Assembly (NCBI GenBank): GCA_963674705.1
Contig: OY771506.1
Coordinates: 3,872,001 to 3,936,000, forward strand
DNA length: 64,000 nt
Source: Phycisphaeraceae bacterium
GTDB lineage: Bacteria > Planctomycetota > Phycisphaerae > Phycisphaerales > Phycisphaeraceae
Reading direction: 5' to 3'
Shown here: positions 28,439 to 39,331 of the stretch, in pieces
How positions within the stretch are numbered: position 1 is the stretch's first letter
Layout: each line of letters opens with the position of its first letter
Notes under the pieces: generated by a model
What the model saw: the letters and a program-made list of their open reading frames with translations, nothing else
What the model was told of the DNA's origin: nothing
Databases searched by the model: none
Made by a program: the position numbers and the translations under genes

Positions 28439-29368
28439 ATGACCCAACCCAGCGTAATCAGTATTGGCAAGTACGATGGCGTTCATAAGGGCCATCAGGC
28501 GGTGTTCGCGACCGCCCGGCAGATGGCGGACAAACGAGGCGCCCGCGTCGTCGCGCTGGCGTTCGATCCTCACCCCAATGTCATACTCGACCCGGAGAAC
28601 CAACCACCGAGGCTGTGCCGGACCGAGGAAAAGATCGCAGGGCTGAAGCAGGTCGGCGTCGATGAGGTCGTCATCCTTAAGCCGACACCGGAATTGCTGG
28701 AACAAACTCCGCAGATATTCATTAACAGTGTGATCGAGCAATATCGCCCGATCGCCTTTGTGCAGGGCAAGGACTTCCGCTTCGGCCACGACCGCACCGG
28801 CGACATCTCCATGCTCCTGGACCTCGGCAAAGTCCATGGCTTTGAGGTCGTCACCCAGCCCAGTGTGGACGTCACGTTCTGCGACTTGTCAGTGGTCCAC
28901 GTTCACAGCTCCGTCATCCGCTGGCTGGTCGGTCAGGGGCGGATCGAAGACGCGCACCGATGTCTGGGTGCTCCGTTCAGCCTGAGAAGCGAGGTCGTCA
29001 AAGGCGAGCAGCGCGGCCGGACGATCGGTTTCCCCACGGTGAACCTTGATCTTGACCCGTTGTTCGACCATATGATCCCCGCCGACGGGGTGTATGCCGG
29101 GTACGTCACGATCGATGGATCTCAAGAAAAACACCCCGCAGCGATCAGCGTCGGCACGAAACCCAGCTTCGATACCTTCCAACTGACCGTTGAAGCCCAC
29201 CTGCCCGGGTTTTCCCAAGAACTCTACGGCCAAACCATCACCATGGCATTCACCCGATGGTTGCGAGACCAGATGCGTTTCCCGTCGGTGGATGCGTTGT
29301 GCGAGCAGTTGGCCCGGGATGTCGAACGTGTAAAACAGAATCGTAGCCTGACGCCCGTTACTATTTAG
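28439..29368 (+). CDS. ribF: Bifunctional riboflavin kinase/FAD synthetase
   Basis: IGKYDGVHKGHQ, G.DFRFG, G..RGRTIGFPT.N, P..GVYA, VEAH, F..ELYG, LR.Q.RF. Confidence 0.95.
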   Translation: MTQPSVISIGKYDGVHKGHQAVFATARQMADKRGARVVALAFDPHPNVILDPENQPPRLCRTEEKIAGLKQVGVDEVVILKPTPELLEQTPQIFINSVIEQYRPIAFVQGKDFRFGHDRTGDISMLLDLGKVHGFEVVTQPSVDVTFCDLSVVHVHSSVIRWLVGQGRIEDAHRCLGAPFSLRSEVVKGEQRGRTIGFPTVNLDLDPLFDHMIPADGVYAGYVTIDGSQEKHPAAISVGTKPSFDTFQLTVEAHLPGFSQELYGQTITMAFTRWLRDQMRFPSVDALCEQLARDVERVKQNRSLTPVTI

Positions 29369-29453
29369 CACCGGTTCGACGACCCGGTGTCCCCCACGTC
29401 GTCGACGTGGAGCTAAATGCACAGAAGTACCGTTCTTACCCGATATCCGACGT

Positions 29454-30509
29454 ATGCCCGAACACCAAAGCAACACCACTCTCGCTGCCGTCGCCGATCT
29501 GATCCGTAATACCGACGGGACGATCTTTGTCACCGCCCATGCCAAACCTGATGGGGACGCGTTCGGGTCGGTCGTTGCGTTGACGGTGGCGCTGCGGGCA
29601 ATGGGTAAGCAGACGTTCGCCTGCTTCGGGCCGCCTTTGGCCGCGTCGCTGGAGGATCTGAAGGGCAATGATCTGGCGTGTGTGTTGGAAGATGAGTCGC
29701 AGGTGCCATCCTGTGCCCTCTACATCGTGCTGGACACCGGGGCATGGGCACAGGTCGAACACGTTAGGCAAACGCTGGAAGCGAACCTGGATAAGACCCT
29801 GATCATCGACCACCACCTCAGCGGCGACGTGGATGCTGCCACGAAGTACGTCGACGCCGAGGCGGCCGCATGCGCGGAGATCGTCGCTGAACTGCTCGAT
29901 GAACTGGGGCAAACCAAGTGGAGCGACACGATCGCCCAATCGCTTTTCGTTGGGATCGGCTCGGATACCGGCTGGTTCCGCTTCTCCAACACCCGACCAT
30001 TCACCCATCGTCTTGCCGCACGTCTGCTGGAGATGGGCGTTGACAATCCCGACCTCTACGCACGCCTGCATCAGACAGAACGGCCTGAGAAGCTCGCCTT
30101 GATGACACGTGCCTTGGACAGCCTGCAACTGATCGCGGGCGGCAGGGCGGCTGTGATGCACCTGACGAGTAAAGATTTTGAGGAGACCGGCGCCCTCCAG
30201 GAAGAGACCGAGCGTCTGATCGACGTTCCGCAGCAGGTAGCCAGCATCCAGGTCGTAGCGTTGATCACCGAAAGCTCGATCGACACCCCGGAATCACCGG
30301 AATCTCCGGAATCCCCCGGAAATCCGCAGCCGCTGGCTCGGATCAGTTTCCGCAGCAAGCCGGGCCCCAACGCGGTGAACGTGGCGGATCTGGCGGGCAA
30401 GTTCGGTGGTGGGGGCCACGCCCGGGCCGCCGGTGCCAAAGTGTTGGCACCCATCGATCAAGCTGTTGAACAGGTTAACGCCGCTATCAACGACGTCATG
30501 GGTGGTTGA
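29454..30509 (+). CDS. nrnA: DHH/DHHA1 phosphoesterase (NrnA-like)
   Basis: H.KPDGDA.GS, LD, IDHH, DTGWFRF, SFRS, GGGGHARAAG. Confidence 0.88.
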   Translation: MPEHQSNTTLAAVADLIRNTDGTIFVTAHAKPDGDAFGSVVALTVALRAMGKQTFACFGPPLAASLEDLKGNDLACVLEDESQVPSCALYIVLDTGAWAQVEHVRQTLEANLDKTLIIDHHLSGDVDAATKYVDAEAAACAEIVAELLDELGQTKWSDTIAQSLFVGIGSDTGWFRFSNTRPFTHRLAARLLEMGVDNPDLYARLHQTERPEKLALMTRALDSLQLIAGGRAAVMHLTSKDFEETGALQEETERLIDVPQQVASIQVVALITESSIDTPESPESPESPGNPQPLARISFRSKPGPNAVNVADLAGKFGGGGHARAAGAKVLAPIDQAVEQVNAAINDVMGG

Positions 30510-30726
30510 TTTACATTCATTTCGTTTTTATCAACGGTGTATCAAACGTTTATAGCAATGTTCCAGCGGAATTTTCACCGTTTCGCGCGATCTGTTTTGG
30601 TGGAAAACTTGTCATGAGCCTGTCGAAACCGGTCGCTTGCACGAAAGACCGCGCTTGTCGGTAAAAAATGTGAATTTGGTTAAGGCCAGTAGTTTTAGCT
30701 GCTTAAAGCGAAATGGCAGGTTTTTG

Positions 30727-30773
30727 GCCCAATATTTGGTAAAGAAAACGGTTGCGAACCCAAGATATAGTGT
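30727..30773 (+). promoter_or_regulatory. Tandem NrdR boxes
   Basis: GCCCAATATTTGGTAA (30727-30742) and ACCCAAGATATAGTGT (30758-30773) fit acaCwAtATaTwGtgt, 31 bp apart, upstream of dcd-nrdJ. Confidence 0.85.
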
Positions 30774-30788
30774 AGTAGCATCATCATG

Positions 30789-30978
30789 GTTGATCGACGG
30801 GCGGTGGTGCCCTGACGTCGACCAACATCCTGGCTCATGTGCTTACGAGGCTTAAAGCCTGCCACGGGAATCGTTCAAACCTGTGCGGGTGGGTGTTCTG
30901 CCGCCTGAATGCATTCTGAGCCTGAGCCGGGATGGGTAGAAGGAATAGTTCTTCCGTCGCATCGGGGTGCGGGCCCCG
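30789..30978 (+). ncRNA. Candidate structured 5' leader RNA of dcd-nrdJ
   Basis: Several complementary stems, including CATCCTGGCTCA/TGAGCCGGGATG enclosing three hairpins (see findings). Confidence 0.45.
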
Positions 30979-31019
30979 GAGTAATCGGCGGATTAACCAA
31001 ATCGGCTTGTGTGGGATAA

Positions 31020-31598
31020 GTGACCGTGAGTGTACTTTGTGATTCACAAATCAGGGAGTTGGTGCCTATCGAGCCCTTCGAGGAAAACGATAAGCGCCCC
31101 GGGAAAGTGTCCTTCGGCGTATCGAGCTACGGCTACGACGTACGCGTCGGCACACTCTTCAAGATCTTCACCAACGTCTCGAGCAACGGCGGACAGGCCA
31201 TCGTCGATCCGAAACGGTTCGACGACACCAGCTTCGTCACCGTCGACACGCGCCTGACGGGCAAGGACTACGTGATCATCCCGCCCAATTCGTTTGCGCT
31301 GTGTGAAACCGTCGAGACGTTCAAGATTCCGCGCGATGTGCTGGCGATCTGCGTCGGCAAGAGCACCTACGCCCGCTGCGGCATCATCGTCAACGTCACG
31401 CCCCTCGAACCTGAGTGGCGCGGCAAGGTCACCATCGAAATCAGCAACACCACCCCGCTGCCGGCCAAGATCTATGCCAACGAAGGCATCGCCCAGATGA
31501 TTTTCTTACAGGCCGAACGCACCTGCGCTGTCAGTTACGCAGACAAGAACGGTAAGTATCAGGACCAGTCAGGACTAGTCCTGCCAAGGGTGGATTAA
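31020..31598 (+). CDS. dcd: dCTP deaminase
   Basis: [50 protein letters not shown]. Confidence 0.96.
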   Translation: MTVSVLCDSQIRELVPIEPFEENDKRPGKVSFGVSSYGYDVRVGTLFKIFTNVSSNGGQAIVDPKRFDDTSFVTVDTRLTGKDYVIIPPNSFALCETVETFKIPRDVLAICVGKSTYARCGIIVNVTPLEPEWRGKVTIEISNTTPLPAKIYANEGIAQMIFLQAERTCAVSYADKNGKYQDQSGLVLPRVD

Positions 31599-31786
31599 CA
31601 AAACCATTTGTATCGGGCTGAGACGTGTTTCGGAAAGCCGTCTTGCCCAATTGTCGGCTCAAAGTATTCGTTCGCACCCCTGTTGTTATCGCGGCTCATT
31701 ATTACACCGCAATTATTCATTCCGTTATTTCGCGTTGAAAAACGCACAATCGGCTACGGAAGGCCAGACAAGGAAGTTAAAGAAGC

Positions 31787-34700
31787 ATGAAGATCGAACG
31801 TCGTTACACCAAGAAAGGCACGGACGTATTCTCGACGGTTCAGTGGACCAAAAAGTCGAGCAGGATCGCAAACCTGGATGGTTCGGTCGTGTTCGAGATG
31901 AATGACGCTGAGGTCCCCGCCGGCTGGTCGCAGTTGGCGACGGACATCATGGTCAGCAAATACTTCAGGAAGGCAGGGGTGCCTCAAACCGGAGACGATG
32001 GGGCCGTCCTCAAGGATGGGGATGGCCGCGTCGTTACCGGCCCCGAGCGCTCGGCGAAGCAGGTGATCCACCGGCTGGCCGGATGCTGGCGCTATTGGGG
32101 CGAGACCCATGGTTATTTTGATACCGAAGAAGATGCTCAGGCGTTCTACGACGAAATGAGCCACATGCTTCTTCACCAGATGGCGGCGCCGAACAGCCCG
32201 CAATGGTTCAACACCGGGCTGAATTGGGCGTACGGGATCAACGGTCCGGCACAGGGCCACTACTACACCGATCCCACAACAGGCGTGACGCGGCCGTCGG
32301 AAGATGCCTACACGCACCCACAGCCGCACGCCTGTTTTATTCAATCAGTTCAGGACGACCTTGTCAGCCCCGGCGGGATCATGGACTTGTGGGTCCGCGA
32401 GGCGCGCCTGTTTAAGTACGGCTCGGGGACCGGAACTAACTTCTCCAAGCTCCGAGGAGAGTGCGAACCGCTATCTGGCGGGGGAAAGAGTTCCGGTCTC
32501 ATGAGCTGGCTCAAGATCGGGGACCGTGCCGCCGGCGCCATCAAATCCGGCGGCACGACCCGCCGGGCTGCCAAGATGGTCTGTCTGGACCTGGATCACC
32601 CGGACGTCGAAGAGTTCGTCAGTTGGAAGGTGCGTGAAGAGATCAAGGTTGCCGCCCTGGTCGAAGGCATGAAGCATCTGCCCGATGAGCAGAAGGCCGC
32701 CGCGCAAGACCTGGGTCTGAAACTCGATTACGACTTCAACGGCGAAGCCTACTACACCGTCAGCGGGCAGAACTCGAACAACTCCGTCCGCATCCCCAAC
32801 AGCTTCTTCAACGCATTGGACGCCGACGGTCAGTGGGACCTGACCTGCCGAACCAGCGGCGACGTCGCCAAGAGCATCAACGCCCGCACCCTGTGGGACA
32901 AGATCGGTTACGCGGCGTGGCGCTGTGCCGACCCGGGCGTGCAGTACGACACAACCATCAACGAATGGCACACCTGCCCCGACTCCGGCCGGATCAACGC
33001 GTCCAACCCGTGCAGCGAATACATGTTCCTGGACAACACGGCCTGCAACCTAGCGTCGCTGAATATGCTCAAGTTCTACGACGCCCGCCGCAGGACGTTT
33101 GACTGGGCCGGCTTCGAGCACGCTGTGAACATCTGGACCATCGTGCTGGAAATCAGCGTGCTGATGGCGCAGTTCCCCTCGAAGGAGATCGCGGAACTCA
33201 GCTACCAGTTCCGCACGCTGGGTCTGGGCTTTGCCAACCTTGGCGCGATGCTGATGCAGGCGGGTATCCCGTACGACTCGGACCGCGGCCGTGCGATCTG
33301 CGGCACGCTCAGCGCCATCATGACCGGTCGCAGCTACACGACCAGCGCCGAGATGGCCGAGCAGCTTGGTGCCTTCCCCGGCTTCCAGAAGAACCGCAAG
33401 CACATGCTCCGCGTGATCCGCAACCACCGCCGTGCTGCCTACGGCGTGCCGCGAGACCTGGAACTGACCGACAACACCGACCTCGGTGATTACGAAAGCC
33501 TGGCCATCAAGCCCGTGCCGATCAACGCCAATGCCATCGAGTCCGGCGAACCGCATATCGGCCACCTCGCCAACGGTACGGAACTGATCGACCGCGCACG
33601 CATCGTCTGGGACAGCGCCCTGAAACTCGGAAACGAGCACGGCTTCCGCAACGCTCAGACAACAGTCATCGCGCCCACCGGTACGATCGGCCTGCTCATG
33701 GATTGCGACACGACCGGCGTCGAGCCCGACTTCGCCTTGGTCAAGTTCAAGAAGCTTGCCGGCGGCGGGTACTTCAAGATCGCCAACCAGTCGCTCAAAC
33801 CCGCACTCGAATCGCTCGGGTACGACAAGGACCAGGTCCGCGACATTATCGTCTACGTCATGGGTGCATTAACGCTCGACGTCCCCGATGCCGAACGCAG
33901 GAAGGGCACGTAACTTCCAAGAGCAAGAGCTTCGCCAAGTTCCTCAAGGGTAAGGGCTTGCTCGAAGAAGACCTGCAGAAGATCGTCGATGCACTGCCGA
34001 CCGTGTTCGAATTATCGCACGCGTTCAACGCCTGGACACTCGGCGCCGAAGCCATCGAACGCCTGGACATGACCGAAGAAGCAAACGAGCCCGGTTTCGA
34101 CCTGCTCAAGGCACTCGGCCTGAACAAGCAACAGGTCACCGCGCTCAACGCAGTCATCTGCGGCACGCAGACAGTCGAGGACGCTCCGCACCTTAAGGAC
34201 GAGCACCTGCCCGTCTTCGATTGTGCCAGCACCTGCGGCCCGAACGGCGAACGCTACATTGCACCGCAAGGCCACATCAAGATGATGTCTGCCGCTCAGC
34301 CGTTCATCTCCGGCGCGATCAGCAAGACCATCAACATGCCCAACAGCGCAAGCGAACAGGGACATCAAGGACGCTTACCGCCAGAGTTGGGAACTTGGCC
34401 TCAAGGCCAATGCCCTGTACCGAGACGGCTGCAAGCTCAGCCAAGTCCTCTCGAACAAGGCCGATGAAGATGACGGTGTCGAAGATGAAGAAGCTATCGA
34501 AGCCGCCCAGGAAGAAGTCGCCGAAGAAGTCGCCGCAGTCGCAGACGAAGTTTCGGCTGAGCCCGCTTCAGCGGGCGGCTCCTCTGCCCAAGACCGCAAA
34601 CCCATCGAGAAGATCGTCGAGCGCATCGTCGAACGCCCCCCTGCGTCGCCGCCTGCCCGACACACGAATGGGTAAGACACACAAGTTCAATGTCGCCGGC

Positions 34701-35327
34701 CACGAGGGCTACCTCACCGTCGGCCTCTACGAAGACGGCACTCCGGGCGAGTTGTTCATCACCATGGCCAAGGAAGGTTCGACCATCGGTGGCCTGATGG
34801 ACTCACTCGGTACCGCGATCAGCGTCGCCCTGCAATACGGCGTGCCGGTCGAATCGCTGGTCAATAAGTTCACACATCAGCGTTTCGAGCCCGCCGGTAT
34901 CACGCACAAACCCCGAGATCCCGTTTGCCAAGAGCCTGGTTGACTACATCTTCCGTTGGCTGGGTATGGAATTCGTCCCGGGTTACCGTGCCGCCAACGC
35001 CCCGGCCCGCAGCAAGCCGCAGACGGAGACCAAGCAATCCGAACCAGCGCCGGCCGACTCCGGCAACGGTAATGGCAACGGTAGCCGCACCACCAAGCCG
35101 GTCGTGCAAACCAAGCCCGCGCCGATTGGGCGCAACCGAACCGGTTGTCGTTGGCAATGCTGTTCTGGCCCAGAGCAGCATGGATATGCAACGATCGGCT
35201 CTGACCACCGCCATGAGTCAGATGCAGGCCGACGCCCCGGCGTGCGACGCGTGCGGCACCATCACCGTCCGCAACGGCACCTGCTACAAGTGCCTCAACT
35301 GTGGCGCTTCAATGGGTTGCCAGCTAA
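31787..35327 (+). CDS. nrdJ: Class II (B12-dependent) ribonucleotide reductase with TSCPD and C-terminal Zn-finger; frameshifted in this sequence (probably sequencing errors)
   Basis: [69 protein letters not shown]-like region, [16 protein letters not shown]. Removing 7 single bases gives one 1177-aa ORF ending TAA 35325-35327. Confidence 0.93.
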
Positions 35328-35555
35328 GTAGTGGCTAGTGACTGGACAAATTGAACATACAACATTGAACATCATTAACACGGAGACCTGACGACAACCT
35401 TAATCCCAACACCGCCCGTACCAGGAAGGAAGGGGCCAATGTGGTACGCCGAGCATCCATCTCAATGATGCAAGGCGAAACGGACTGAATTCGGCCGTCG
35501 TAGGATGCGAACCCGCATTGCGGCATGGCCGACCACGACTCTTCCTTCTCCCTCC

Positions 35556-35594
35556 TCCCCCTCGAGCCCCCCACCACTCGAGGGGGATCTTTTT
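35556..35594 (+). terminator. Intrinsic terminator downstream of nrdJ
   Basis: TCCCCCTCGAG/CTCGAGGGGGA stem followed by TCTTTTT. Confidence 0.75.
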
Positions 35595-35701
35595 GCGCCC
35601 CTATAGCCCGACCATCCTGGTCGGGTTGTCTTTGTTTGCGGATTCGATGCGTGTATCCAAAACCAATTGCATTATTACAACGATTCGCATCATTTATGAC
35701 C

Positions 35702-35776
35702 GTCATACCCGCGCACGCGGGTATCCACGCGCTCAATGAATCCCTGTACGTGGATGCCCGCCTTCGCGGGGATGAC
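35702..35776. repeat. GTCAT.CCCGCG..GCGGG.ATCCA-type REP doublet
   Basis: GTCATACCCGCGCACGCGGGTATCCACG ... CGTGGATGCCCGCCTTCGCGGGGATGAC, inverted arms each with an internal palindrome. Confidence 0.8.
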
Positions 35777-36002
35777 ACAGAAATGGGAGGGGATTAACGA
35801 TACCTACCACTTCACCATGAATCCCACACTGCCACGCAAGGCTGCCGCCATCACGCCATCATTGGAATTGCTCTACGTTAACCCAAAGCTACACTATATT
35901 TATGCACTTATGCGGGCAGGTTAATCACCCGATAATACCATTACTCGTTAGAATACACGCAATAGCCGTTGGTTTAATTGTTACTGATCCGGTGATGAGT
36001 TC

Positions 36003-37001
36003 ATGCCGAACGTCAGAGAGATCGCCAAGCAGGCCGGGGTTTCCATCGCGACCGTTTCGCGCGTGCTCAATAATCATCCGTCCGTAAGCGACGCCGTCAG
36101 AGAGCGCGTCCTCGCTGCCGCCAACAGCAAGCGATACGTGCCCACGGTCGGCAAACGTGAGACGCTGAACATCGCTTACGTCTTCACCGGTGATACCTCC
36201 ATCGGTTCACCGTTCGACGCGGCCGTGCTCGAAGGCGTCTACGTCGGGCTGACCGACACTAACCTCAACCTCATCATCATCGACCTGCGTCGCTCGCGCA
36301 GAAGCGGTGAGACCTATTCCCAGATGTTCCAGCGTCTGGGGGTTCGCGGTGCGTTATTACGAACAACCAGCGGTAGCCGAAATATCTGCGAGAAGATCGC
36401 CGAACAAGGATTCCCCGCAGTCGTGATTGGCGACCGCTTCGAGAATCCCAACGTCATCAGTGTTTACTGCGAATCACGCGAAGCCAGCCGGGAGGCTGTC
36501 AGTCACCTGATCGGCCTGGGGCATCGGCGTATCGCCATCTGCGTCAACGTCGTGGAAGACTCCGACCACACCGAACGTCTGATGGGCTACCAGCAAGCCA
36601 TGCACGACTACGGCCTGGAAGTTGATGAAAAGCTCATTATGCGTATCCCCGCCTACGGCCCCGGTGGCGGGCAGGTGATCCGTCGACTCGCGACAACCAT
36701 GGACAGGCCGACTGCGATCTATATCACCGACCCCGTCACCGCGATCGGCGCGATGAACGAAACGAAAAAGCTGGGCATCAACGTACCGCAGGAGCTTTCG
36801 ATCGTGGGGTTTGATGATGCGGAGATGCGTTACATGGCCTGGCCGACCATGACCGCGGTCTGTCAGAACGCCTACGAGCTTGGCCACGAAGCGTGCAAAT
36901 CACTGTGCCGCCTGCTTGACGGTGATCAGGACCCGAACACCGCCAAACCAGCCGCCTGGTTTGAGGTTCACGATTCCACCGGGCACATCAACGATATGTA
37001 G
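36003..37001 (+). CDS. LacI family transcriptional regulator
   Basis: VREIAKQAGVSIATVSRVLN HTH; HLIGLGHRRIA; VPQELSIVGFDD. Confidence 0.95.
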   Translation: MPNVREIAKQAGVSIATVSRVLNNHPSVSDAVRERVLAAANSKRYVPTVGKRETLNIAYVFTGDTSIGSPFDAAVLEGVYVGLTDTNLNLIIIDLRRSRRSGETYSQMFQRLGVRGALLRTTSGSRNICEKIAEQGFPAVVIGDRFENPNVISVYCESREASREAVSHLIGLGHRRIAICVNVVEDSDHTERLMGYQQAMHDYGLEVDEKLIMRIPAYGPGGGQVIRRLATTMDRPTAIYITDPVTAIGAMNETKKLGINVPQELSIVGFDDAEMRYMAWPTMTAVCQNAYELGHEACKSLCRLLDGDQDPNTAKPAAWFEVHDSTGHINDM

Positions 37002-37024
37002 CGAACAGTCGCTAACATGTGTCT

Positions 37025-39331
37025 ATGTCCGATCGGTTACGAGACAAGCAAAACACGATCCCACGGACGCAGCCGACGCTGAACGATCGGCTGATCGAGT
37101 TGTCAGCCTTGCTGTTGCTGATCCCGGTGCTGCTGCCTTTGCTGGTGGTGTTTTCCCCCTCGCTCTATCTGGAATCGGATCCGAGGCAAACCGCGGAAGT
37201 GGCGAACATCACGATCAGCTTCGGCCCGACCGGGTCCATGTGGCTGGCGTCGGCATCCTTGCTGATATCCGCATTTATCCTGTGGGTGACGGTCAAAGCG
37301 GGGGGGCGCTTGCGTGTGTTTTCATGCGTGCTTGTTGCAGCGGGGATCGTGCCGTGCCTCTTGCATCTGAGTGAGCACTTTAACAGCATGCTGCACGGTA
37401 GCGCATGGATCGCCGCCGCTTCACTGGGCCTGGCTGCTCTGCACATAGCACAATTCGACCGGGCCAAACGCATTATTGTTACCGCGTTGATTGCGATCAG
37501 TTTCCCCTTGTTCTTGCAGGCTGCCTGGTATGTCTATGTCGAGCATCCTCAAACAATCGAATCCTTCCGCGCAAACCTGGATGAGAACCTGATCCGCCGT
37601 GGATTATCGCCCGGTTCACCCGAGGCGGCGAAGTACATGACACGTCTGGAAGGTAATGATGTCATCGGCGCGATCGGGATGTCCAACGTCTACGGCTCAC
37701 TCGTCGCAGCCATCACAATGATCACATTGATCTCACTCGTCGGTGCTTGGCGTAAGCATACGGCCAAAGGTCGACTTGTTGGCATAGCTGTTCTGTTGCT
37801 GTTGAGCCTGTGGACACTGAAGCTGACCCAATCCAAGGGGGCTGTGCTGGCACTGGTTGCGGCGGTGGGATTGGCGATCTTCACGCTTGGTGTAGTGAGG
37901 TTCAAACTCAAACCACGCGTACTTTTGCCGATTGCCTGCATCGCATTGGTACTGGCGGGCAGCGCGGCTGTTATCGTCCGAGGATCACTCGGGCCGCCCA
38001 AAGATGCGACCGGCGAACGCAGCCTATTGTTCCGTTATCACTATTGGCAAGGTGCGGTACGCATACTCGCCGAGCAGCCTTCACGCATCCTGCTCGGCGC
38101 GGGACCCGGTGAATTCAAGAGCCTTTACGACTCGGTCCGCAACCCGATCAGCCCGGAAGTTGTATCCAGTACGCACAACGTGTTCGTCGATTACACCGTG
38201 ATGCTTGGTCTGGGCGGGCTGTTGTGGGGAGTATTGCTGCTCGTTTGGCTCTGGCAGACAGGTGTATCTCTGAGCAATCAATCGTCTGAGTCAGTTCAGA
38301 CCGAGCGAGGTCCACCCGCGTTTAAGCCGATCGTCCTGTATGGTGTACTTGCTGCTATCGTGTTCCTGACACAATACGCTGTCCAGTTCCCCGGCTTGTA
38401 TGCCGAGACCGCGATCCTCTGGCTGATCGGCGTGATCGGCTTCGTCGCCTTGTCCGTCTATGTCATACTGCCGGCAATTGATAAGGGCGACCGCTGCATC
38501 AACGCGGGGACTGTGTTCGCGGCCGTTTTGTTATTGCTCCACGCACAGATCGAAATGACCTTCTTCTGGGATAGCGCATCCGCTTTCGTCTGGATCATCA
38601 TCGCCCTGGCGGCAGGTAACGCAGAGTCATCTAGGCCGGTGTCGGATAGACCCAAGTGGATCAGGTATATACCGGCCGGCTGCGTGTTAGTGCTATGTTT
38701 CATCTTCACCATCGCCTTCACCTCGCCTACTGCCAGACAGCAACAGCACCTGCGTCAGGCAAGCGAAGCATTGATACAGGCTCAGAATCCGATGGTGGCG
38801 ATCCAGGAACTCGACCAGGCAGCGGCCATCATCCCCAATGACCCGACCACCACGCGCTGGCGCATCTCATTGAGGCAGGATATGGCCTACGCCTACGCTC
38901 AATCTTTCGCCGATCAATCGCTGCAGATTCAAGCGATCCTCGCACAGGCACTGCAGATCAACCTCAACGCTCAGCAAGCGGGACTCTCGCAACTGACCTG
39001 CGCACGCCAGCGAGGCCAACTCTCGATCGGCGCCTACCAGATCACAAGCGATGAAACCTGGTTGATCGAGGCCGAGAAAGCATTCAAGCTCGCCGCCCAA
39101 CTCAGTCCCAACGGCTTAAACGACCATCTCCGCCTCGCCGACACCCAATGGCAACTCGGTGACACTGAATCCGCCAGGCAGAGCTACAAGCGTGCATTAG
39201 CGATCAGCGATAACTACTACCTCGACCCCGACACGCAACTGACCAACGAAGAGCACGATCGGATCACAGGGCGCATCGCCGATACTGCTGCATCACATCC
39301 AACAACCACACCGATTAATTCTGCACCGTAA
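37025..39331 (+). CDS. O-antigen ligase-like (Wzy_C) membrane protein with C-terminal TPR-like helices
   Basis: Many TM segments; LTQSKGA, R..YW..A, G.GPG.F, HN.F....V.LG..G. Confidence 0.8.
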   Translation: MSDRLRDKQNTIPRTQPTLNDRLIELSALLLLIPVLLPLLVVFSPSLYLESDPRQTAEVANITISFGPTGSMWLASASLLISAFILWVTVKAGGRLRVFSCVLVAAGIVPCLLHLSEHFNSMLHGSAWIAAASLGLAALHIAQFDRAKRIIVTALIAISFPLFLQAAWYVYVEHPQTIESFRANLDENLIRRGLSPGSPEAAKYMTRLEGNDVIGAIGMSNVYGSLVAAITMITLISLVGAWRKHTAKGRLVGIAVLLLLSLWTLKLTQSKGAVLALVAAVGLAIFTLGVVRFKLKPRVLLPIACIALVLAGSAAVIVRGSLGPPKDATGERSLLFRYHYWQGAVRILAEQPSRILLGAGPGEFKSLYDSVRNPISPEVVSSTHNVFVDYTVMLGLGGLLWGVLLLVWLWQTGVSLSNQSSESVQTERGPPAFKPIVLYGVLAAIVFLTQYAVQFPGLYAETAILWLIGVIGFVALSVYVILPAIDKGDRCINAGTVFAAVLLLLHAQIEMTFFWDSASAFVWIIIALAAGNAESSRPVSDRPKWIRYIPAGCVLVLCFIFTIAFTSPTARQQQHLRQASEALIQAQNPMVAIQELDQAAAIIPNDPTTTRWRISLRQDMAYAYAQSFADQSLQIQAILAQALQINLNAQQAGLSQLTCARQRGQLSIGAYQITSDETWLIEAEKAFKLAAQLSPNGLNDHLRLADTQWQLGDTESARQSYKRALAISDNYYLDPDTQLTNEEHDRITGRIADTAASHPTTTPINSAP

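Noticed and set aside
30840..30940. Canonical cobalamin riboswitch upstream of dcd-nrdJ
   Set aside because: GGGAA, a T-loop-like sequence and GAGCCGGGA are present, but the GCxACTG and AGACCTGCC B12-box elements are missing. Kept only as an unknown structured RNA.
33703..35338. Separate genes, a split nrdJa/nrdJb, or programmed frameshifting
   Set aside because: The fragments lack starts and RBSs at the breaks, the breaks fall in or next to conserved regions, and they are best explained as single extra bases in short homopolymers.
35415..35450. SRP RNA (GGAAGGAA loop)
   Set aside because: Lacks the TCAGG...GGAAG.AGCAG helix-8 context.
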